Origin: the human T2T-CHM13v2.0 reference genome, Homo sapiens
Assembly: GCF_009914755.1 (NCBI RefSeq)
Contig: NC_060925.1
DNA: 64,000 nucleotides
Reading direction: 5' to 3' (one strand)
Numbering within the stretch: position 1 is the stretch's first letter; every line of letters begins with the position of its first letter. The position numbers and the translations under genes were made by a program. Of this stretch, positions 52,604 through 64,000 are shown piece by piece. The notes beneath the pieces are model-generated. The model did no database searches. It was not told the origin of the DNA and worked only from the letters and a program-made list of their open reading frames with translations.

Positions 52604-55585
52604 AACTACTTTGAGTCTCACCTTTCCTTATTTGGAAAAATATTTCCATTGAAGTGTTATGGTGAAGATTCAATACAATTAAATGATATAACATATGTAA
52701 AGGGCTTAGCAATAACCCAATGGCTAATAAGCAGCCAAGGAGTGGTAGCTCTCAGTATAGTCAGCCTCTAAGAAGAGAGCAAATGTTTATTTTCAAGAAG
52801 AATTATGCAGAAAGGGCCACTTTCAGTCTACCATCCCCCCAGATTCCTTGAAGGCAGGATGATGTGAGCAGCAAGGGAAGAAAGGGGAGTGGGCACGAAA
52901 TACTACAGAACCTGCAGGGAACGAAGTCCCTCTGTCTGTGTGTGCCTATATCAATAACTTAAACTTACACATTCATGAGATGCACTGTGTTTATTAGGAT
53001 GTACATGTGTCCCTAAGAATCTGAGAGCTCCTGAGAGACAGAGACGGTGTCTTACTCATCTGCTCTCCCCAGGTCCTCGCTTACTACCTGGCACTTATTG
53101 GGTAATAAATGTCTGTTGAATGCATGGAAAAAGAAAGGTAGGAAAGGTGTGAAGGAGAAGATGGAGGTCATGACCAGTAGAAATCTCAGCTGTTCTGCCT
53201 GGGCTCCATGTCATCTCCCTGCTATTAGGCCCATCAGAATGTAAGCACAAATGCCTAGAGAATGACAAGCTTCTTTGGGACTCTGCTGACTAGACATGAC
53301 ATAAGACTGGACAGCTCCTGGGGAACTTCCAAGAGCTGGCTCCAGGCAGTGACTAATCCTAGGAGCTGCTGGCTTGGCTGCCTCTCTCCCTTCCTTATTT
53401 CCAAGATTGGTCACCTCCTGCTCTGAAATAGCAATTGATTTTCAGACATGAGTTGATAGAACCATGATTTTCTAATACTGTTCCAAAGAGGCTAAAGTAC
53501 CTCTGAGGAGCAGTGCAGGCTAGGATCAAACTCTCCCTACCTTCCACTCCACTCCCTACCTTGCCCCTCCACCTCTGCCCACTTTCTATTTCTTCAGGCA
53601 CAGCAGCTTCTACCTTATGGATTACAAATTCTGATCATCCATCTATGGTTGCATTAGGAAAAGAGTACTGCTACTTTCATTTTCTTTTCTAACCACTGCC
53701 CTAGAAGAATAACACCTCACATTCTCTGGTAGACTGAAGCCTGCAGCTGCAAGGATGCTCAGAAAACCAGACTTCTATTCATTGGCCACTTGCTGCACGC
53801 TCTGTCCCTCGATCCTTGCAACGTACCTTTGAGGTAGGCACAAAAATCCCCATTTACAAGTGAGAAAACCAAGGCAAAAGAGGTTCAGTTTATTTCAGGC
53901 TCAAATGTGCTTCCAATAGCTTATAGCCTCTACAGCTAGTGTTTGAACCCAGGTCTGAAACAAATAGGATTGACAAGGGGAGGGAAAAGAGGAACAGAAA
54001 TTCTTTTCTATAAGACAATTGTTTATGCAGCCAGGATTTCTTAAAATCCAGTTTGTGCTTACGGACATAATCTTTGAATTTGCTTTGTTTCTCGATGAAT
54101 AACTTGGAAGCTATTCAAATAACTTGGAAGCTTCCTTTAAAAGGAACATCAGGAGGTGATTTTTGACTAACCCTAGGTGTCCTTTCTGAGCCAAATAGAT
54201 TTTCAAATAAGAAAATGAGAGGACATGAGCTTGAGGAAAATGATAGGCATTCCAACCTCATCCGCTTGCTGACGACCTCCACGTGATTTCAACAATGATT
54301 TCAAATATTTCACTTTTTAAGTCAGTGTGACTTAAGTATGAAATTGCCTCTCCCTAAAGCTCCCCTAAGGCCTAAACAGTCGTCATTACCATAGCTGTGA
54401 CAGGGAGACTGTTGAATTTATAATCTATTGGCCATTCACAGCATAGCGTATAAACCTAGCTCATGATTTCTTTGCAATAGAAGTGTACTTTTTCATCACA
54501 TTCCCTTCACAACTTACTCACCAGATCAGACTTTGAGCTCTCCTCCTGGCTTAGCCTGGATCGTTTGAAATGGTCATCCATCCTTTGGCCCCAATACCTA
54601 AACTAAGGTCTATGAACAATAAGATGATTTTCTTCAGTGGGACTTTTTTGTTTAATATAATATTAGATATTTCCCCTGATACAGGGCTCAATCTTTTTCT
54701 TTTTAAAGCAATATTTCTCAAAGTACTTTTCACAGAACTTAAGTTTCATTAAGCACTTCACTAAAAGAAAAGTCTGTGATCTAATAAATTTGGAAAATAT
54801 TGAGAATTAGAGCCCCCTCTTAGATATGTACTGTAGCTACTCAGCTTGTTACAGATGAAGTAAACATTGTAATATTCACCCAGCTTTTGAGTGATGTCTA
54901 TTAACGTCACCCAAATGAGTATTCCATGGAATGCACTTTGCAAAAACCTATTATTCAAGAAAATTCTGGAGCATGAAAGCTATTAACGATAAACCCATTC
55001 ACAAAATCACACCAAATATCTAAAATCATGTTTAAAATCTCCTAGAAATGGGTTGAATTGCCCACTTCAGAGACAAAGTGATTCTTTTGTAATAACGAGT
55101 TTTGTTTAGTGAGTACTTATTATCTCATTGAATCCTGAGGACTACCTCACAAGGTAAGTATAGCTCTTTTCATTACACATGACAAACAAGGCTCAGAGAG
55201 GTTAAGTAACTTGCTCAAGATCACAAAACTGCAGAGTGACAAAACTAGAATTTTGAATCTAAGCTCAAAGGGTCACCAAACCAAATTTGGGTCCACCCAC
55301 CCAGCCTATCAAAGTCAAGCACTGATATCGGCATTGCTGAGACAGAAGTTGAGGAATTTATTGCAGGCAGCAAGCAAGGAGTATCAGGCAGCTAATCCTT
55401 AAGGCCTAATCTCCCTGATGGCTTATGTGTAAGGGTTTTTAAAGGTGGGAAGGCAGAGGTTGCAGGCAAGGTCATACAATACATGGAGGCTACATATTGG
55501 TTTGGCCAAAAAAGGCAAAATATCTCAAAGTGAGGGCCCACAGGATAGGTGACCATTAGATGAATTCAAAGATTTTCTGATTTGA

Positions 55586-55936
<351 letters not shown>

Positions 55937-56185
55937 TCAGCAGAAAGGAATGTTCTGCTCTGGCCTGTGGGTGTGACCTCCTCCAGGTCCCTCAGGAAGA
56001 AATTTAGAACAAAGAACAGTTGTGAGTGTTCAGTCCTCAGTTCCTCCTTATCTGAGATCTACGAGCCAACAGGTGGTATTTTCCATTTAGCGGGGTCTGG
56101 GTTTCTACAAAACAACTCAGGGACATATGTTAAGATGTTATCTCTAGTTTCTATAGGGAAACAAACATTTTGTGGCTCTAATTTT

Positions 56186-56307
56186 CTTTTTTTTTTTAAT
56201 TATACTTTAAGTTTTAGGGTACATGTGCACAACGTGCAGGTCTGTTACGTATGTATACATGTACCATGTTGGTGTGCTGCACCCATTAACTCGTCATTTA
56301 AGATTAG
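56186..56307 (-). mobile_element. 5'-truncated primate L1PA 3' end (~120 bp)
   Basis: TTATACTTTAAGTTTTAGGGTACATGTGCACAACGTGCAGG; TSD TTTGTGGCTCTAATTTTCTT. Confidence 0.93.
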
Positions 56308-57463
56308 TTTGTGGCTCTAATTTTCTTGACTATTGTTTTAAGCTATTATTACCTTCTTACTTATCAGGGTGCTCATCTACTTCTTGAGGCTAGCCAGGTG
56401 GCTGGAATTTTCCTTGGAGGGACTCAAGAGTTTCCTTTATTTTTCATGCCTTAAATGGGTCTGTTCTCCCTCTTCAAAGCTCAAGCTCTTAAGGACTATG
56501 CTATTGTTAGATTTTTCGTATTGGAGCAGTCCTTCCCTCCTACTCAAGAACACCCCTTCTTCAGACAGCCTGGCTGGGTCTTCATCCTGGGAGAGCTCAT
56601 GAAACACAAACCAGATCTTGGCCCTCACGTGTGTCTAGGCAGAGCTGAGCCTGGGCAACACCAAGCATGCCCCCGATTTTGCATGTCCCAGCCAATTCAG
56701 AGTCAAGATCCACGCTCAGCTCCTTCCCTGCAAAGTGCTAATGATGAAGGATGGGGATCAAGTCAGCAAACTCCAGAAATGGTCTTAGACTAGGAGTCAA
56801 GCCTTGAGATCCTATTACACACCAGATTCATTCCCTGATTAGAGCTGCTGAATTCTTTTACTCTCACTGCACTCATGCTAAAGTTTCTTTCCTCCAGCCT
56901 CGTAACCCCAGAGGAGGCTGAGCCATGATACCCATTGTCTAGCAATAAATATTTAAGGAGCCCCTGAGATATGTCAGGCACCATCGCAGGTGCTGGGACA
57001 AGTGAATGTGACCAGGAAAGTCCCTCCCCTCTCAGAGGTTCTTTTCAAGTTGGAGGACAGCAAATACAGAAATATAGAGTCTAACATAACAACAGGGAGT
57101 AATAAACACTTTGAAGAAAAATAAAGTGGAATAAGAGGGTAGGGTTGCCATAGGGTTCTCTGGGCAGTCTTCTATGGAAAGGCCACTTGTTGGGGCAGAG
57201 AAAAAAAAGATGTCTGAAAGGAGGACTACCGGCCCCCCATAAGTGCGCTCCGGTCCATGCACAGGGCAATGGGCATGTAATTTCCTATGATTAAGACCTA
57301 CAGTATGTACAATATTACTGCAACAGACACTGAGACTGACTTAGCATTGTTTCACAGCATCCGAGTTGCTCTGTTGGAGGAAAGTGCATGTGATGGGCAT
57401 TCATTTGCTTCCGCCATCAGACAGATTCTCTACCTTTGTCTTTCCTACAGGATTCCCTAGGAA

Positions 57464-57776
<313 letters not shown>

Positions 57777-58384
57777 CTAGGAAGCTGACTCCCACTGAAT
57801 GTGCCACTCAGGAGTCCCTGCTCTCTAGATTACAGTTGAGTTTGTTCAATGCAAGGCCCCAGCAGAAATGTTGAAAGTAAGAGCAAATAGATAGTTAACC
57901 ACTCTTTAAGACAACAATGGATGTATACTTCTCTGGCCTCAGCTCCTGTGGGGAAGCTCCAGTGCCAGTCCCTGGGTGCTTCACCATTTTCCGTTAGTTC
58001 CTGAACCTTGTAAACTGACCCTTCACTAAATTCTTCCTAGTTAACCCTTTGAGAATGAAACCATTTCCTGCCAGGACTCTGACAGATACAAAGAACCCAC
58101 AGCCGACTGCTGGGTGCGCGGCAGACCTAGTGCATGGCTCCACACTGCCATCTTGGGGGCTGGCACAGGCTGGCACTGAGTCTGGGGAAGGGAGCTGGGG
58201 CTGGAGGTGTGGAGGGGAAGACCGTGCATAGTTGCTTCCTGATCAGCTCTTTATTCGATTGAGAGTGAGGCAGGGAAGATTAGAGGGAAGCTTACAGTGG
58301 AATTCAGGGCTGAGGCTGCTATTCTTTTGCTCCTTGTAACTTCCTACAGTGTTGTCAGCATCCACATACTTCTCTGTGGGGTTG

Positions 58385-58620
58385 GTCTCAGAGCCAGGTT
58401 ACCTTGTCTTAGGTCCAGTGGCAGCCTGACTGGCTTGGTGTCCTTGAACAAGTTACCTAACCTCTCCATACCTCAGTCCCTCAGCTGTAAAATTTAAAAA
58501 AAAAAAAAAAGAAGAAGAGTACCTACTGTATAGCATTGATTTGAAGATTGAATGAGCTGGTATTATACAACGTTTAGAAGCAGTGCCTGACATGCAAAAG
58601 GCTCTCAACAAATACTATCC
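58385..58620. mobile_element. MIR
   Basis: CCTTGAACAAGTTACCTAACCTCTCCATACCTCAGTCCCTCAGCTGTAAAAT. Confidence 0.65.
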
Positions 58621-59557
58621 TTTACTAATATCCTGTGTGTCTGTATCAGAGCTGGTGGGGTGGAGGGACAGAAAGAAGTGGGAGAAGGTAAAGAGATGGG
58701 CAAATGATCTCTAAAGTCTCTCTGGCACTAACACAATTCTTTATTATGTGTTTTGTCTGGCTCTTTATATTGATAGCTGTTCCAGAAGCAATCAATAGCT
58801 ATTAGTCGGTTTTATTCTTATTTTTCTGTCTGATCTTACAGGGGAGCAAACTGTGGCAAAGCATGAACTTACTTCTCAGAAAATTAACCATTATGTTGGC
58901 AATCACTGTGATTATTTGAACTTCAGCGTCTGGACAAATTTAGTCACATGAAATACAGAAGAGAGATTTCTCATGGTTAAAATGAAGCTCTCTTTATTTG
59001 CTTCTGCTAATTAAAAAATCAGAGCTAAAGATACTTAAACACTACAGTTAAAATGCCATGGTTGTCTATTGGCTTAATGAATTCTCTTATGAAATCAACT
59101 CTAAAATGTTATCCATCATAAATCATGAAACACAATTTTTCTTATTCTCTTTAGAGCTTTACAATTCATCTTAAAGACCAGTGTTTACACTCTCTTCCGT
59201 AGGTTGTACAATAACCTTTGGCGAGAAAAAATAAATGTCTGGCTTTCTGACTCATAGGTGTGTTCCCTTTAACAGAAAAAGAAAATATGTCCTCTTTAAA
59301 ACTGATGATCATTGGTCACCTCAATTTTATTGAAGTTCACTTCTGACCTCTTTAGATGTAGTTCTCTACATAAAACTGCCCAACAGAATTCTCTGTCTGA
59401 ATGCCTCCTCCACAAACAAAATTTTAAGAACTAAAATCATCATCTTTCCTTCCAAATGTGCTCTCCCTATGTCCCCAGGGCTCTCCATGTGTAGAGCTGA
59501 GACCATTTGCCACTCAGTTTCCTCACCCAATTAATTACAAGTCCCAACAATTTTCCG

Positions 59558-59852
<295 letters not shown>

Positions 59853-60630
59853 CAGTTTTGCCTTTTTAACATCCCTCAGCTCTTCAAATCCATTTTCTCT
59901 TCTCTAACACCTCCCCATTCCCCAGCTCGTAATGAACTCTTAAGTAGATTACTACGATCACCTCCCAAATGGTCTTCCTGGCTCCATCAGCCTTGTGACC
60001 TTCAAGTTCATTCTCCACATGGATGTCAGAGTAACTTTCTAAAATGAAAATCTGACCACGTTACTCTCTTGCCTAAATCCGCCTATGGCCGCTGTTAGGA
60101 TCAAGTCTAAACTCCCGACCCTGGAACATCAGGTCTTTGTGCTCTGTTCAGTGCTTCTCTACCTCACCTGCAACCAACACCACTCCCACATCCATATTCT
60201 GCTCACCGTGTATCAACATGAACAGGAGGTGGGTGTTTCAGTCCCCAGGAAGACACTGGGCCTTTTCAATCATCTACTGCTGTGTAATAACCACCCTGCA
60301 AACTGACCACATGATTTCATTTTGCAAGGGTTCCTTCCTTGGGCTGTGTTCAGCAAAAGGGTTTACTGAGCTGGCAGGTCCAAGATGGCCTCACTCACAG
60401 GACTGGCTGTTGATGGGAGCCTTGATGCTCTTGGGCTCACCCCTTATCCTCCAGTAGGTTAGAGCTTCTTACAGTGGTTTCAGGCAGCATCTGAAGACAG
60501 TAAATGCAGAAGCTCCAAGGCTTCTTACATTCTAGCCTGGAAAATCACATCACATTGCTTCCTTCATATTTTTTTGGCAAATCAGGTTGCAAGGCTTGCC
60601 CAGATTAGGGTAAAGAGGCAAAGAGGCTCC

Positions 60631-60951
60631 TTTTCTTTTCTTTTTCTTTTTTTTTTTTTTGAGTCAGAATCTTGCTCTGTTGCCCAGGCTGGAGTGCAGT
60701 GGCGCGATCTAGGCTCACTGCAAGCTCTGCCTCCTGGGTTCACGCCATTCCCCTGCCTCAGGCTCCCAAGTAGCTGAGACTACAGGCACCTACCACCACG
60801 CCTGGCTAATTTTTTTTTTTTTTTGTATTTTTTGGTAGAGACTGTGTTTCACTGTGTTAGGCAGGATGGTCTCCATCTCCTGACCTCGTGATCTGCCTGC
60901 CTTGGCCTCCCAAAGTGCTGGGATTACAGGCGTGAGCCACCGTGCCTGACC
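60631..60951 (-). mobile_element. AluY-like element nested in an old MLT1 LTR
   Basis: CACTGCAAGCTC...TTCACGCCATTC; TSD AAGAGGCTCCTTTTCTT. Confidence 0.93.
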
Positions 60952-63704
60952 AAGAGGCTCCTTTTCTTGATGAAAGGAGTAGTGAAGTCACATTGCATGT
61001 CCTTGCAAAGGGACATGCAGACCACATTAGTGAGAATATGTGCCTGTATTTTGCAATCTGTAACATGGGCATAAACTAAATGTTTTCCAAAGGGAATAGG
61101 GCAAAACAAAAAGGACCTTGACCACTCCTTTGGCCCTGAATAAATCTAGGAAGCCTAAGAGTATGACTATCCTGAGGTAGAAAGAGGGTCACATGCTGGA
61201 TAAGAGGTACCTGGGCTCTCCACTTACAAGAAGAGAGCATGGTTACATTTATAATCACCATTCCCAACACGCTGTGAGTGCAGGCAGCTACCAGGAGGAG
61301 AACAAAGGAAATAACCAGGACACCCATCTCTAAACCTGTTAATTTAATCACACGGAACACTTCTATTTAAAATTCCCGAGGGTTAAGATGTAAGAATGCT
61401 TATCAAGGTAAATGCTGTTCACACTGCTTGGAGTGTCAGGCCTAGATCTCTATCCATCAGAAACAACAATATCAATAACAACAACAGCAACATGATGATG
61501 AGGCAATTTCTGAAAAGCACCATGTATTTTATCGATACATGTCCGTTGCAGAAAATCCAGGTGAATCCAAAGAAGAAATAAATGTCTTCCACAATCCCAT
61601 AGCCCAGAGCTAACTAACCACTATAAAGAACCCAGCGTGGTTTTAACTAATGGATCAAAAGATGCTCATCAAAAGCTCTGAGCTTTCCTGAGTGCTAACA
61701 GGAAACATCCAGCATCACTGGTCTCTCCAAGGCTGCAGGTGTCTTTGCCCATAGTGCCTGTTTTGTGTCAGGGAAAGAATCAACCTGGGAGCCAAGCCCA
61801 GGAATCAGGATGACCAAGACATACTGGACAAGGAGGGAACAAACCCATCCAAGGACACTCAAGGACAAATCAAGCAAATGAATTTAAGGGAGACCTGCTC
61901 ATGGTCTGCTTTGCTGCTCAGCATGGCTGGGAGGCACAGTGGAAGATCATGCATCCTTCCCCTGGGACTCCTCTGCCAGAGCCTGAGAGCTTTCTCCTGC
62001 ACACAGGCTAGGGGTAGGGCAGTTGGAATTGATCCATGCCTTCTAGCTAGACTGTGGGTCCCCTCAGTCTTGGGCATGGTGACAGCCCAGCATCAGACAG
62101 AGGTCAGTATCAAACTAGAAAATTTAATAAATGCTGTCAGATTTGTAGACCCAAGAAAATATAAACTGCCAATCACGGAGGAAAAAAATCTCTCAATGAT
62201 CTTATCTTTATATGATTCCCTTGCTGCCTGGAGATTGACATTTCCTTGGGGATAATCTGGTCATAGGATTGGTGAAGGTGGAAGGGAGGCAACCTCCGAA
62301 GGTGGGGCCCTCTGCTCACCTGGGACAGGGAGGGCCTGAGGTAGGTGTCTGTGTGGGCTGGGGAGGAGGATGGGAGCAGTGCTTCTAGATGTTTCCACTT
62401 TCTCCTCATTAGATAATAATGAATGGGTGATTTCCCTAGTCACTGCAGTGTGAGGAAATCTACAAAATTAATTTCACAATACACTTTACAGGATAGGTGG
62501 AGAAACACATGAAGCACAACTGCAGTGGGTTATAAAAAATGGCCTTTCGAGTTGAGCAGTAAATTCGTTCAAGCAGCCATTCTGAAGGACAAACTGGCTC
62601 TGTATTTAAGAGGGGCATTCCAGCACTTCTCTAGCTACTGGGTTGACAATGACTCACCAAAGCCTCTGGTAGCCACCACAGGACGCCCAGAGCACGTTTT
62701 AAAGCTGAACACCAAACTGCGGACTTCGGGAGTAAGTGAACTGACTGGTTTTTATTTTGTTTTACTGCTTTTAACATTACAGTGACTGTTACAGGTTCCA
62801 GCAGGATAACTGGGTGGAAATGAGTTTGGTTTCACTTAGTCTCTCTAAAGAGAAAGCAAGTTGGTAGACTAATACCTAATAAAAGCAAAGCTGCCAACAA
62901 TTGAAATTGCCTGGGCTGCTCTGTGTGTCCCACATGCATGGGTGTGGGTGCCAGTGTGTGTGCGTGTGTGCATGCATGTGCATGTGTGTTGGGATAGAGT
63001 GGCAAGAAAATGGGAAATAAGAATGTTCAGTCCATAGCCCTTCATTATAAAAAGGTGAGCTGTAATAAATACTAGTGCCACATTTAGCCAAAACTTTACT
63101 CCAGCCAAAGGTGATATTTTCATGATAACATCCTGTGATTGCTTTGTTCTTCGTCTTTTATGTTCTTCCTAGATGGGCTCAGAACATACAAGAATTAAGT
63201 ACACATCTTATTTTCCAGTGATAATGCTACCGGCAAATTCTGTTGTTTGTATAAACATCAGCCATGTTTATATAACTAAACTAGTGTTTTGTTTTGTCAA
63301 TTCAGCAAGAAATTAGACCACATGGTGGCTTAATGCTGCATTGATTTGGCTATCAATTTGTTTTCACTTTTCTGCAAAATATTTAATACATTATTAAATT
63401 GAATTATGCTGATGCCACAGTTGTTCTTATCTCAATTGTCTTAAAATTCATTTAATTTTTTTTTCCTTTGGTTTCATTATTCAAATTTTAACTTCAGTTC
63501 TCAACATTTTATCTGATGGAAGAGATGGAGTCCATTACTAAGGACTCCATTGTGCTCCATCATGCCAGAGTTGTAAAATAGATCTTTTAAAGGAAATTTA
63601 CTGTGATTTTTTTCTATTTAAGAGCTTCCTCTCCAGTTGAGCATGTAAGAAAATTATACCAGGAGAATACAGTAAACTCTATGAGGCAAGCTATAAACAT
63701 GTAG

Positions 63705-64000
63705 CATTGTGATTAGGGCTGGTTCTCCTTCTAGAGACATGGTAGGATTGCAATTTCATACCATCCTTGAAGTTAGAGAGAGCCACGTGACTCATTTAGC
63801 CAATGAACTGTGAGCAGAATGACATGTCACTTCCAGCAGAAGCTTTAAGAATCTGAGAGACATTCATACGTTTTCCATGTGCTGTAGCCTTATACCCAAA
63901 GCCTGGGTCCCAAGTGACCATGACAGGCAGAGCTCCCTGTTGAGCCACAGAGATTTAGAGAATGGCTGTTAACACAGCATAATCCAGCCCATCCTGACTA
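63705..64000 (+). mobile_element. MLT1-like LTR (runs off window)
   Basis: CCTTGAAGTTAG...GCCACGTGACTCATTTAGCCAATGAACTGTGAGCAGAATGACATGTCACTTCC. Confidence 0.6.

Noticed and set aside
58080-58330. GC-richer patch with YY1-like GCCATCTTG and minus-strand AATAAA
   Set aside because: Probably an old LTR fragment; could not assign a family or support a function

Overview
This is human genomic DNA starting at a chromosome end. The opening CACCCTAAACCCTAACCCCTAACC matches my recollection of the first bases of T2T-CHM13 chr1 (1p end); I could not verify this by search. Layout: (1) about 2.7 kb of (CCCTAA)n telomere with blocks of variant repeats; (2) a TAR1/TERRA-promoter-type CpG island with 29-bp, 47-bp and ~61-bp repeats; (3) about 60 kb of subtelomeric mosaic made of Alu, L1, MaLR/ERV1 LTRs, a Ricksha DNA transposon, several VNTRs (47-bp x46, 68-bp x11, ~102-bp, ~79/50-bp) and an internal degenerate telomere tract. 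I find no credible protein-coding gene, tRNA, rRNA or CRISPR array; the long ORFs are artefacts of tandem repeats. I do not see a clearly new biological system. The most interesting signals are regulatory or evolutionary: an 11-copy co-oriented CTCF-like motif array, a TERRA promoter lacking the usual 37-bp tract, ancient L1 sequence that has become CpG-rich (one copy seeding a polarised VNTR), a candidate telomere-directed lncRNA terminal exon, and a possible NUMT empty site. Repeat subfamily names are by eye and should be confirmed with RepeatMasker/Dfam.
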